Origin: Camelus ferus
Lineage: Eukaryota
Direction: 5' to 3'
NCBI RefSeq assembly: GCF_009834535.1
Contig: NC_045696.1
Span: 76,138,001-76,202,000, forward strand
Length of the DNA stretch: 64,000 bases
The notes beneath the pieces were generated by a model. It ran no database searches. It had not been told where the DNA came from and saw only the letters and a program-made list of their open reading frames with translations. The position numbers and the translations under genes were made by a program. Position 1 is the first letter of the stretch. Each line of letters starts with the position of its first letter. Shown here in pieces: positions 11,769-24,310 of this stretch.

Positions 11769-14006
11769 TACAACACAGGGTTGTTGGATGGAGGGATCAA
11801 ACAAAAACAATGAAAATAGAATCAAAATATCCATATAAACGTTTATAAAAACAACCACAAAAATGATGTTAAGGGAACAAATTTTCTTCTTTGAATCTGT
11901 ATTTTCATCTACAAAAATGGAATAGTGAGGGGGCCTTCCAGCTCTAATGTACACTCTTCTTGTCAAGATGGATAATTCATCCAATTCCTTGACATGAGAT
12001 GGAAAGATAAGTCAGTAACCACCACTACTATTTCAAAGATGAGTCTTCTATTCTGTTCCATGCCCTAATTAGTGATGGGCAGGCATTTGTCCATGCAAAG
12101 AACCTTCACTGGGCACTTTTTTCCTATGCCATGTCTGGACATGAGAATATGATTAAGACATGGTTCCTAGAGCGAGCTGCTTATAGTTTAAGATGTCTTT
12201 GTATTATTTAGAAATAATAGATGTTCTGCATATCCTAAATAAACTTTCCTCCCTCCGCCTTTCAAAATGAAGACCAGACAGCCTTCCTGAACAATCCCTC
12301 AGATAAATGCCCTACTGCTTTCCAGAGAAAGCAGTAGTCTCCTTTTCTAGATCTATTCATATCTGTCTTAGTTCCCGATGATGGCACCAGGATCAGTCCT
12401 AATTAATAAACTTCAGCAAAGTATGGAAAGACAAATTCATTGATTGTATGCTTAAACAGCCATAGTCATTATAGTTGTATCTCAATTTTGACCAATTAAT
12501 CCTTCACTGAATTACCCAGAAAGAGTAAACAGGAAAAATAAGTTCACCACCCTTGACTGTGGTCTTAACATTTAATCATTCTACAGGAATTCAAGAACCA
12601 AGAACATTCTGGTTGTTTCCTCTCTTCCCTTTTCAACTTAAGGCTGGTCTTGAACCTTGTAGAATCCCTCATCTTCCTTGGCTTACCTTCCTCTCAAGTG
12701 TACAAGAAAATAAAATACATGAAATATTATATTTGTTTAGCATTTCACCATAGGGTCAACTACTTGATGCCCCTGTGACCAGGAAGAAATACAAGTCTCT
12801 GGGCATTTTTTCTGGCTGAAAATTATACTTGTCTGCATTCAGATCATGCTTCAAAGAATTAGTGTCACACTTTGACTTCAGCTGAAGTTTAAAAGCATGA
12901 ACTATTCTTTTCTTCGCAACTATTTCTTGGTTACCAACTATAGTGAAAAAGGTACAATCTATAGGGAACAAGAAAAAACCGTATTTACTATTTGAAAAAA
13001 CATGAGAGCAGGAAGTATAAAGAAAACTAATTGGTAATCCAGCCAAACAGGGTAATTCAGAGATAGATGTTTAAAGAGAGAGAGAGAAAGCATGAGACAG
13101 AGCGTGAGCAGAATTGAGGGAAATAACTATTCTAATCTTGTCCTAGTTGCTTTTTTTTTTTTAAAGATAACATCCGTTCCATTTTTTTGCCAAGTATAGA
13201 GTTCCTTATTGTTTCTAGCTCATTAACTTTCCTCAGTCTCTCCCAGAACAGCACATTTCACCATCGTTTTGCATATGGGAAGCATAAACAAAACCATGAC
13301 ATTTTAAGGCATGATCCCATGGGGACTTCAAGAAGTTTATATTTCACTGGAAACTCTGAGAATCTTTTGCCCAGCTAAAAAGAACATCTGCTTCCTCTTA
13401 GGAACTTTAAATACACTTTGATCCTGACGTCTTTCAATATCAACCACACAATGTATTTGAGGTTTTCCTGAGTAAAATGGGAGAGCAGAGTGACATTTGA
13501 GTTGGGGGCAAAGTGCCACTTTCCAGGAGACGTTTAACTAAAGCTTTTGCTCAGGAATCAAAAAACACAGTTTTAATGCTGCTTATTCTTGGTTCTTCCT
13601 TAGAAACCTTGCTCTGCAATAATACTCATCTATCTAACATTTCTAAAACAGTAAACAAATTACTCCTCAACCAACCATTTATCAGGAAGTCAATTAGGTA
13701 GTATATAATTTGTAGATGGAAAACCAAGAAATGAGCGGGCTTAATTAGAATTCAGATGTATACTGCGTGCTTTCCATTTTCCCTCTCCCCAGACCTCCAA
13801 GAGTTTCCCTATGTCAGCATGATTTTAGTCAAGATCATCTAGTAGTATTACTTTGTGATAAGTATCTAGTTCAAATTTAAAATGTCTCACCCACTGCACT
13901 ACTTTGGGTTCCCTGATGTATTAATGCATTCCAAAAGCATCTACTGAGTCAGGGTAAACTTCTAGACATTGTAGTTCATTTTTATCAAATTAAGCAATAA
14001 TCTAGC

Positions 14007-14250
14007 TGAGGGATCCGAAAACTACAGCCTCTGGACCCTATTTTTGTAAAATAAATAATTTTACCAAAAAAAAATTGTAATGAAACACAGCCATGCCTTA
14101 TTTGTTTATTGTCTATGGCTGCTTTTGTACTGTAACAGCCGTGTTGAGATTAAAGCCTGATTCAGTAGCCATAAGAGAGGTTGTGTGACCCACCAGCCCA
14201 AAATATTTACCATGTGACCCTTTACAGGAAAAATGTCACAAACCTTGTTC
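14007..14250 (+). mobile_element. MER58A-like (hAT-Charlie)
   Basis: AAACTACAGCC..GAAACACAGCCATGCC..GTCTATGGCTGCTTTTG..AAAATATTTACCATGTGACCCTTTACAGGAAAA. Confidence 0.85.
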
Positions 14251-14259
14251 TAGCTAGGT

Positions 14260-14440
14260 CAGTGATTTCTAGACACCGTGTCTAGCTGCACGTAGATCTC
14301 TTGAGAACCTAGTTAAAGGCATATTCTTCACCCCAGAGATTCTGTTTCAGGAGGTTGCTGGGAGGGGCACACAGGAATCTGTATTTTTAAAATCTCCTTC
14401 AGGAGATTGGGTTGTATAACTCCACTTGAGGAATGCTGTT
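14260..14440 (+). mobile_element. MER5-type (hAT-Charlie)
   Basis: CCCCAGAGATTCTGTTTCAG..CAGGAATCTGTATTTTTAAAATCTCC. Confidence 0.7.
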
Positions 14441-14960
14441 CCAGGTGATACATTTAAGGGTGTTCAAGAGACAGAATTTTTTTAAGTGCGATGGGATAAG
14501 ATTAAGGAAAAGCTTCTTGGGAGACAGTGATTATCTGCAAGTTTTGATCGATTTGGATTGGCAGAGAGAAAATCCAGAATTTATTCCAGGCAATGGAAAA
14601 AACAACAAGCCAAGACATGGAGGTGGGAAGGAACAAGGATGAGTAAAGTGTACTGTAAGGAAACAGGTCTAATCAAAGAGAAGGTGTCACTGAGGAGTCA
14701 AGAAAGAAAGGATTCTACTTGTATAGAGTTGGGGATCAGAGCAATAGATTTCTTTGAAAGCTATTGACAGACACTCTCAATCTAAATTAATTGTTCAAAA
14801 ATTGGTCAAGACCTGCAAGTTGCAGTAGAGCTGAACCAGCCAGGCAGTGTATCCCAATCTCTCTGACGAACAATCGAGGACATTTGTAACAATGTGGGTT
14901 AGGGTCTGGGTATAGAATTAACACTTCAGAGTTTGAACCTGCAACTTTGACTTCATGAAT

Positions 14961-15146
14961 AGTATCTTCAAACTTTAACAAGCATCAGCAACATTTAGAA
15001 GGCTTGTTAAAATTTAGAAAGCTGGGTTTCACCTCTGGAGTTTCTGATTCAGTAGGTCTGGGGCAGGGCCTGAGAGTGTGCACTGGAGCAAGTTCCCAGA
15101 TGATGCTGATGGTGTTGGTCTAGGGACCACCTTTTGAGAACAAATG
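14961..15146 (+). mobile_element. MER5A (hAT-Charlie)
   Basis: GAGTTTCTGATTCAGTAGGTCTGGGGCAGGGCCTGAGA..CAAGTTCCCAGATGATGCTGATG..GGGACCACCTTTTGAGAAC. Confidence 0.85.
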
Positions 15147-18100
15147 GGACAGATGGCTGGAAAAGAGGAGTCATACAGTGTGTCTATAAACAGGTTTTGT
15201 CATGTTGAAGCCCACTCAGTTCTATGGCTGATGTACTAAGGCAAACATACTACGGCCCTTCAGGTTTGAACTTACAGAGGTCATTGCCAGTTTGGATGGA
15301 AACCAATCAAAATCATAGAATCACAAATATAATAGAACTAGTAATATAACAGCCTTTAGATATCATTTAGCTAAAACTTTATTTTATATATCAGATGGAA
15401 AAATTGAAAATCAGAGAGGTTACATGGCTTAAGTGCCCCCAGTTCCTAATGGCAACTCAGGGTTTTGTTCTTCAAAAGGAACCTACATAATGAAAAATGT
15501 GTGCTATTTAATATTAAGAAAATGCACTAAGATTTAGTCCATACCCTGAGTTTACTAAACAGTTTACATATGGCAACAATATACAAACTCGGATTTTAGT
15601 AATTGTACCAAAAATAAAATCTTCATTGAAGGGAAACCCATATTTGCAGAAACAGACAAATTATAATAACAACAATCATGATTAGAAATCAATTTGGGGT
15701 CTTAAGTAATTATTCCAAAACATATTGCTGTATTATCTAGTGCCTTTAAAAGACAATCCATCATATTACCAGTTTTGACTACATTTAGTTGTTGACTGTT
15801 TTGCTGAATTTCAAGTGCAAGAAAATTAAAGCTTGATTCAGGTTCAAGTCCTAGTCCCTGATCATGAGTAAATGACAACTCAGGTAACAGCTGCAGTTGA
15901 TTGACAATGACATCTGAGCAGAGATGCTTTCAGCTGCCTCGGGGCTCCCAGGACACTTAGAAATAATTCAGATATGGTTTCTTATCAGCTGGGTATTCGC
16001 AGCCTGTAAATATGTATCCTCATTCAGCATAATGGGTTTTGACAGAATAAAAGCCACCTGGAAAACATTTAAATGTCCTCTTCAAGAGGTTGTTTAGCTA
16101 CTTTTTCTCCCAAAGGACAACCAATCAACAATACATTATTTCAGTTTGTTAACACGTAGGATGTGTCAGGCTTTTGTTTTGTTTTTGCTTTCATTTGTTT
16201 GCTCTGTGCTTTTCGTTTGTCTTTCAAATGTAGAGTAAAAAGGATCAGGTTCCTTGTCCAGCCTCACATCATATGTAGGTAAAAATGAGTTAATCTTTAA
16301 TGAAACAGAAAGTGAGTGATATAAAGGCAATTTCCTTCTAGGCTTTACATGATGGCTCTTGTTCATTTTACTGTGTTCATCAACCACATGGTTATTTATT
16401 CATATATCCACCCAGCATATATCAGCATTGCTACTTGGAAGGCATTTTGACAGATTTCAGTTCCCCACCCCCACCCTAACCCCATTATAATTTTTGGAAA
16501 AGGAGAAGTAAGTGAATACTGCTTCTATACCAGGCACAGTTTGAGTTCTAATTTCCCTTTTGTTCTGTTCTGGCGTAATTTCTGCACTCAGGGTTGGTTA
16601 GTCATTTCACAAATAAGATTACTCTCCCACCATTTTCAAAGTGGTGAAATAAAGGATTTAACCATTTCTTTTCTTGAAAACTCTAGGTGTTATGAAATAT
16701 TCTATTCTTTATAAGTTTAACAAAATTTTCCTCAGCCGGGTATTTTGAGGTGTTCTTCACTCTGCTGTTCTTTCCAAACTTACTCTAACCTCGATGACCC
16801 AGTCTTCAAGTCAGGCCCATCTATGCACCAACTCCTAAGCAAGTGTCAGGAGTACCTCAGTTATTGCCAGCACTCCTTCAACTTTGAATAAGCTCCACAA
16901 AGGCTGAGTTCTTCCAGGACCAACTTAAAGTTCAAATTTCACTGTTGGGCTCATTTGGGAACCACGGCAACCCACAGGATATCTTTCTTCATTCTCCCAG
17001 GACACTGACTTCTCTAAACCGTTTGTTTGCACATCAAATTGTGCTTTATATCATGAATTATTGTTCTGAAATATGTGTACTGTAAGCTCCTTGAGGACAA
17101 ATAATAGGGCATACATTTCCTTGTATACTTCATAGGGCTTAACAAATTATTAAGTAGTCAGATTTGCTTGAATGGGAGGAAGGTGGTCTCAGGAATGCTT
17201 ATAGTAATGATCATTGTTAAAGAATATCTACTGGGAATTTTCTCCAGCAGAAAAGTGTCCATGGAATCAGGTAAAAAGCTAAAAATCAAAACCTTGAGTT
17301 ACCAAAGTTAGGCACTAAAAAGGTTAACAAAACTTCTGCAGTCACTGTAGTTCAATTTTAAAGGTTTTGGGGTTTTTATTTGTAAGAAGCTTAGAGAATT
17401 AACTGGTCTCCCTAATGTTACATACAACAGCCTCCCAGTAAGTAGTATGTTTATTCTTCAAAGAAGTTCAGAAATCTTTGCTAATTAATTAACTCATTAA
17501 TCACTAAACACTAGCAAGCTAGAAAGAAGGTTGCAAGAAGAAAAGCAAATGGTTGTAGCAGCAGCAACTCAAAAACCTAACCATATTCTAGAAGCTGAAG
17601 GAGGGGCTGTTATGCATTTGGTGTTGCATCGGGGTTGGGGATTTCATTGTTTGGTTGGAGTATGGAAAGAGTTTATCTGGCTTTCACATTAGACAGTGTC
17701 TTGCTGAATATTGCCTGTTCTTACAAATAGCTCACAGTGCCTGTTTTTCACAAGCTGGATGCCAGGGTTTTTCACTCATATAGCAGAATGGGATACAAAG
17801 AAAACATTATCTAGTGCCCTTTATGCTGAAGCACCAAAATGTACTTCAAGAAACAAGTAGGTGGGAGGTGGGAAGAGGGAGGGGCAGAAGAGATGATTCA
17901 AAAGAGCAATCCCAGTTTTAGTAAATGAACCAAATCCTAGAATTAGAAAGAAAATGCTCAAATTGGAAGCTAAATATGTCTGACAATTTTAAATCTAGGA
18001 TAATGGAAACTTATAAAATTGAGGCTTAAGACAAAAACCATTATCACCAGATCCTTCAGCCCATATTTTGAAGGTATCTATTCAGGTGGTTTCTAATAAT

Positions 18101-19009
18101 TTTGTTTAGTTGAGATAAACGGGAAGATGTGAGTGAGTGTAGGGCAGCCTTATAGTAATGCACAGTGCCACCGATTTACTCACCCTCCAAGCAATTTTAA
18201 AATCAATTCAGCATTTCCTGGATAGGCTGACGTCACCCTGTTCATATCAGGGCAAGGACCGAGCTGCTGGCTTTGTGCTCATTAAAATTCTGTATACTGC
18301 ACTATGCGGGAGTCAGTGTCTATTTTCAGGACGACCATAAAGCAAAGTAATAAGTGCTCTTTCTTAAGAGCAAGGTGGGCAGAACAGGGAGGAGTCATGT
18401 GGGATGAGGGCCACAGAGGGAGTGGAAGCATGTGATCTGTTAATGTTTACCAAATTCTAGCAGTAAAATTAAGTGTCAGCCATGTACACTTAATAAAGCA
18501 TCAAAAATATAGAAATGAATTCAAGAGTACTCCAAGAAATCTAATCTGAGAGGGGCCAGCCAGGAAGGTAGTGACAGACAATTTAATCTGGGGAAAATGA
18601 CTTTACACCAAGGAAATTGAAAACACCATTCTCTGTTCTTCTTTTACGATTTTCATTAAGTAGTTTTTCTTCTCACAACCCACTTATGAGGGAAAATATC
18701 TGTCACCCATCCTGGTACTATTTGCATAAACATAGAACCTAGTCTCCCAGATATATAATTTGCATATATATAGTGTATATGCATAAATACACATTTACAT
18801 ACACAAACATATGTATAAATATATATCTGTCAACAGGACCCCTGGGGGCATGACTGCCATGGTAGAGGGATCCTCTGAGGTATGGCTTTGCCATGAGCCT
18901 GGATCTGAGGGTCACCTCTGCTCTGACAGAGTGAGGCAGGGAGGTAATCAAGAGCATTAGAGTTTTCTAGAGCTGAGGGAGCAAAACTTCCCAATGTAAG
19001 ATGCACCTT

Positions 19010-19215
19010 TGAAGCACAGAGAGGTTCAGTGACTTGCTCAGAACTGGGAAGTGGCAGCGCTGAGATATGATCCGAGTTGGTGTAAAAGAGAGACTTCCTT
19101 TGTTTCCTGGGCCCTAGAGAACTATGCTCTGCCTGATCCACTGGGCTGTGTCCCCACCACGCCATTTCAAAGGGAGATGTGAACTGGACCAGGAAGACAA
19201 AAGACTGAAGGTGTC
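19010..19215 (-). repeat. Left arm of a 206-bp inverted repeat
   Basis: Reverse complement of 19989-20194 with 5 substitutions and no indels by manual alignment. ORFs 18830-19165(-) and 20039-20242(+) share near-identical N-termini. Confidence 0.97.
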
Positions 19216-19988
19216 ATTCAGCTAGGCCTGCAGAATTCCTGTGGCTAATCCTTTAGTGGATGGAGTAAACTTTGCAAAAGGGAGGCTCCCCCGTGGACAG
19301 ACAGACACACACTGCTCTTAGTACAGTCTCCGAGAAATGCACGTTTCTTTAGTCCCACCTGGTAGGTAAAAGTAGCTGCCCAGGGGCTAAGAAAAAATGA
19401 CCTTGAATTCAGAACAGGACAGTCATTCTGTTATTGACCATTCCATATCAAGTATTATTTCAAGAGACAAAACCAACTCCAAATATTATTTAAAATTCTG
19501 ACTGAGGCTCCTGGGTTTTCTTCTTCTTTCAGCTGCTTTTCACATGCGCACACACACACACATGCACACACAGCCAGTGGGACCTTGCATGTGGTAAAAA
19601 GCAAGACTTTGTGTTCTAAGAAGGGCAGGCTGACCTTTCAGAGTTCACCCCAACATAAGTGTGAAGGCTCTCATCTCTCTAGAATGGGACTTACTGTTCA
19701 AAGGCAACGAAAAATTGCCTAAAGACTCAGCTTCCCTCTCCTGCTGGGTCAAGGAGAAAGGGAGATGGGAGAGTTCTTCCAGGAGGGCTTGGCACTGTGT
19801 CCACTTGGCACAGAAAGCAACTAGGCACCTCTCTGCTCACGTCCTCTATTTTTAAAGACTGGTTTCAGTTCTCTGCTGGAGGCTGTGGCCTGGCCCGGAG
19901 CAGCCAGGAGGAGGGGACCTCCTGTGCTTTTGGAGCATCTGGGATGAGAAGTGCACCATGAGAATTCATGCCACAGTCACATGAAGGG

Positions 19989-20194
19989 GACACCCTCAGT
20001 CTTTTTTCTTCCTGGCCCAGTTCACATCTCCCTTTGAAATGGCGTGGTGGGGACACAGCCCAGTGGATCAGGCAGAGCATAGTTCTCTAGGGCCCAGGGA
20101 ACAAAGGAAGTCTCTCTCTTACACCAACTCGGATCATATCTCAGCGCTGCCACTTCCCAGTTCTGAGCAAGTCACTGAACCTCTCTGTGCTTCA
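19989..20194 (+). repeat. Right arm of a 206-bp inverted repeat
   Basis: Partner of 19010-19215; spacer 19216-19988 (773 bp). Confidence 0.97.
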
Positions 20195-20335
20195 GTTGCC
20201 TCCTCTCTGAATTGGGATAGCAACAGTCCCTCCCTCAGATGATACTTAGAAAGACTGAATGAAGCCAGTTTTTAAGAGTGAGGAAAAGTGTTTTTGGAAC
20301 ACAGTAAACATGTGTAAGTGTTAGGGATGGTTATT
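20123..20335 (+). mobile_element. MIR SINE, 5' part inside the right inverted-repeat arm
   Basis: CTCAGCGCTGCCACTT..GAGCAAGTCACTGAACCTCTCTGTGCTTCAGTTGCCTCCTCTCTGAATTGGGATAG..AACACAGTAAAC. Confidence 0.8.
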
Positions 20336-21486
20336 AGACCTGCTCTTGGACTTGAAGGGAAGAGCAAAGGAGAACCAGGCTACCACACTCGTTATCCCAC
20401 CCTTGGGCCCTGGGATTGCAGATCAGGTGGGGCTGACACTGCCTTCAAATCTCACCCCAACTTTCCCCTGAGATTGTTTCTCTGGGGTGAATGGAAGCAG
20501 AGTTGTTGGCTGCCTCAGCTGAAAGGCACAGACATCCTCATTACCCTGAAATAACCTGATTAAGAGTCTATAAAAGGAGGCACTGATGCTAAGGAAGAAC
20601 CTGGTCCGCTTACTGAATAAAGGAGTTCAGGATCTAGAAACACTGTTTTGAGTGAAACCCTGGGCTTTATTATTAACAACATGAGGGAGAGAATGGAAGC
20701 ATTGAGACTTTGTTCTTTATTGTGAGTTCTTATTGTCTATAAGTAAAGTGCCCGCTCTCCAGGGAGATATGCCAGTGATTTGCAACCTGCTTGCCAGGCA
20801 CCACAACTGCAGGGGAACTGACCAGAGCACCAGAGATTTCTGGATCTAAAACTGCAATGAAATAGGTGTTCTTATAACTAAGACTAAAGATTTCAGTTTA
20901 GAGAAGAATGTGTGAAGGCTGTTTCTCCACCCTAAGCATATATTTCCCAAACCAAAAATCCAGACCTAGTATATCACAGATTTTTGTTTGGCTTCTGGGA
21001 CTGCCTTTAGGCTATCTTTAAGATAACAGTTTAAATGGCAAAATATTGACCTTTGGGGGCTATGCAGGAAAATAGGGCAGAATATTTGACTAACTTGAAA
21101 AATTCAAGAACTCATCATATACATTCATTTGACAGGGAGGCAAAATGCAGCAAATAGGAAAAGATTTGTAAAGTGGAAACCTATAGTTGCACTTTACGAA
21201 AGTGACCCTTTTGACCTTATCTGGTTCTAAGTAGCAAAGAGAAACCATAACTGGACTCTGAGTTTCCCTGGGGACTCCCAGGGCACTGTGGTCAGGGGTA
21301 GAATTACCGAAGACAGTCACAACTCAAAAAGGACACCCATCGACCTATCTGACTCTATTCTTCTTTTCATCCCAGGTCACTGAGGAGGACAGAGCATCCC
21401 TTGAGCACCTGTGCTCTGTTCAGTGTGCTCCTGGGTTAGAAATGAGAATGATATTCCCCAACCCCAACAGTGCTTTGTCTAGAAAG

Positions 21487-21685
21487 TCAGCCTAGCATAA
21501 TAGTAGGTGACCTTGGAGTCAGACTATAGGGCTTCAAATCTCATAAGCTGGGTAACCTCCCTAAGCCTCAATTTTAGCATCTGTAAAATGGAAATAATAA
21601 CCAGTACCTCACTCAATGGAATAAATGGTGACGTAAGCAAAGAACTAGGTTCATGCTAAGAATTCAATAAATGTTAACTGCTATT
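21487..21685 (+). mobile_element. MIR SINE
   Basis: TTGGAGTCAGAC..CTAAGCCTCAATTTTAGCATCTGTAAAATGGAAATAATA..TCAATAAATGTTAACTGCTATT. Confidence 0.85.
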
Positions 21686-23693
21686 TCTGGAAAAGAAAAA
21701 TCAAGTGTGATACCTACCAGCATATGAGCACCAACAATATGCAATTAGCAGTCTTCTAATCTTTTCCTGGGAAATTTCCATAAAAATGTATAGCATATTT
21801 CCTAAAATTAAATAACTTTAATATCTCATAATAGAAAATAGAGAAATACAATATTTTTAAACAAGTTAAAATAGTCTGGTTTTTAATAAGACAGAAAACC
21901 AGAGAGAGGATAGTGAGGCTATTCCTCCCTTGATCTGGGCCTGTAAGTCCATTAACACACTAAAAACCATACCCCACATGGAATCCGAACTCAGGGTCCC
22001 TAAAACTGTGGAGATTTCAATTGCTTGTTTTTTGACTAATAAATGAAGTAAACTAAAACATAGGACAATACCACACATGTGTCCAGGGCACTATTTTATT
22101 TGTTGGATTTGTAGTACTGATTTTAAATTGAATTTCAAATTTTAAGATGTATGCTTTACTTATAAAATTGTGGTTATTATTGAACTCTGCTTTCTCATTT
22201 TTTTTGCTCTTTTTCTACATGAATTTTGTTTTTAATTTTTAAAATAGGGGACCTGAGCAAGACAGATTCTAAAGCTATTTTTTAACCTTTTATTATTCTA
22301 TGAATTCCTCAAATATTAAACTCCATGTTACATTTTTAGCAATTAATGAAAACAGTTTTTGAGAAGTGGAGAGGAGATATGTCTCTAAAACCAAAAAGTG
22401 TTTATTTCAACTGCAGGCAGAGGCTTTTCCTAATTTTGAAAAAGAGCCACAAAATAAGAAACAGTCTCTAATCTCTATGTCATTTGCAAATAGGGGACAA
22501 TCACGATTGAAAAGAAGCCAATGAGAGCAGCAGGGAGATTCCAGAAAGCACAAGACATGGGGCAGAGTCCTAGAAGCAGATAGTATATGGTGCAGCTGAG
22601 GGTAAGGAAACAGAGACGTGAAACTGTTTTCAAATATTTAAAGCCTCCCCCTCCCCCCATTCAGAGTTGAGGTATTTTCTGATCTTCAAAAACTGCATCC
22701 TGTCAGAAACTGTGGTAGCTCTTCATCTTCCGCAGCTCAGCTTTTTCTCACCTCCTTTCACACATCTTGTGCTTTTCAGACGTATCACATTCTGATCGCC
22801 ACATGAACCATCCCCCACTATATAGGGCAGTGTAGGAAAAGCAACCTAATTAATGATTGCCATTTACAATTCTGTAGAAACTACTTGTCTGCACAGTCGA
22901 TAAACAGTCTGACTGGTTTCTCTCTGTGCAATAGGTTTCAGTACCTCTAAGGTTGGATCTTAAAAAAAAAAAAAAGAGTTCTGATACATTCCGCTCAACC
23001 ATTTGACAGATCTGTTTAATTTTAAAATGAAAGGGAAAAAAGATTCATTTAAGAAAGCACCGCAGTCGTGTGAATATTTGGTGATTCTTAGCTATCCTTT
23101 ATATGGGATAACTGTCTTGAAACTGAAAACAAGAATTAATTCAATATATCAGCAAAGACTTACAGGACCCTACCATTCAAGCTATGTCATCAGCCACTAT
23201 GGAGTGCATGATAGATTGTTCTTGTTCTTCAAAGAGTTTACAATCCAGTTGGAGAAGAAAATTAAAATTCAAATAGTTTAACTGTTAATAATGTAATAGT
23301 GTAAAACTATACAAGGAAAATGTAACAAAACATGTTTATTTGTCAATAGATGTTACATAGTGATGAGTTCAGAGAAAGCAAAACCACTGTGCCATGTGGT
23401 GGGCTGCAAAGGCTTCCCAGTAGGGGTGGTAGTTGCCCTGGACTGATCAGCCATGGATGGTGGAATTTGGATTCGTTGGGAGAAGACCAGTTTCCCAAAG
23501 AAAGCAAGAGCAGGGAGAATACCAGGGAAATATCAGAGGTAGCTAATCGCAAGTCATGTTCAGAAGCCATGGCTGGCTAGAGTTGCAACTTCACATAGAG
23601 GAGCAAGAGATGGTGATGAGAGGAGTGTCTGCACTGAAGACAACCTAAAGAGTTCTGAGTCCACCATACTGCTCTAATTACCTTTTCTCAACC

Positions 23694-23734
<41 letters not shown>

Positions 23735-23790
23735 ACACACAAATACATATACACACACACATATACATATATATATACACACACACATAT
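23694..23790. repeat. Compound (TA)n/(CA)n microsatellite
   Basis: Directly visible. Confidence 0.95.
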
Positions 23791-23970
23791 TTGTTAAGCT
23801 CCTATTATATACAAGGCATTGCTGAGGATGGGGGAAGGCAGAGGAACAAAAAGGAAAGACCTAATTTGAGCTCAGGAGCTAGACATAAAAACAGGAAATG
23901 TTAACAATGCAAAATATACTAAACAAAACCGAAAAAAAAGGAAGGTGAATTTGCAAATAATTACTCCACC

Positions 23971-24310
23971 TGTAGAGGAAACCAATTATTTTGTCTACTA
24001 AATACCTTTTCCTTTCTTCTGAGAATAAAAGTCTCTCTTTACTTCTGAGTATTGTTCTCTGGCTTCACAACTAGTTCTGTGGTATCCACAGAAGGTACCA
24101 TTTATTCCACAACCCTGCTCCCCTGGTCATAACTGATCTATAAGGAGTGAGCCTTAGCAGTTTGTAAGTCCCTGGTCCTAGTTTCTTCCGGGAACCAATT
24201 ACATCTCTGCTTGATTTTTCTAAATCTTTTAATCAATAATATGAGCATTCTGCTAATAAATTCAAACTGAATGCCTGTCACTTGCAATTCAAAGAGTCTT
24301 ATTAAACTTT
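23971..24310 (+). mobile_element. Old ERVL LTR (LTR33/LTR16-like), internally deleted
   Basis: TGTAG start, CCTTTCTTCTGAGAATAA, and a 3' end AATAAATTC..TGTCACTTGCAATTCAAAGAGTCTTA. Confidence 0.55.

Noticed and set aside
18830..20242. Two ORFs with near-identical N-termini (MAWWGHSPVDQAEHSSLGP..) as a duplicated gene pair
   Set aside because: A by-product of the inverted repeat. Both run into MIR sequence and diverge at the arm boundary; no coding evidence.
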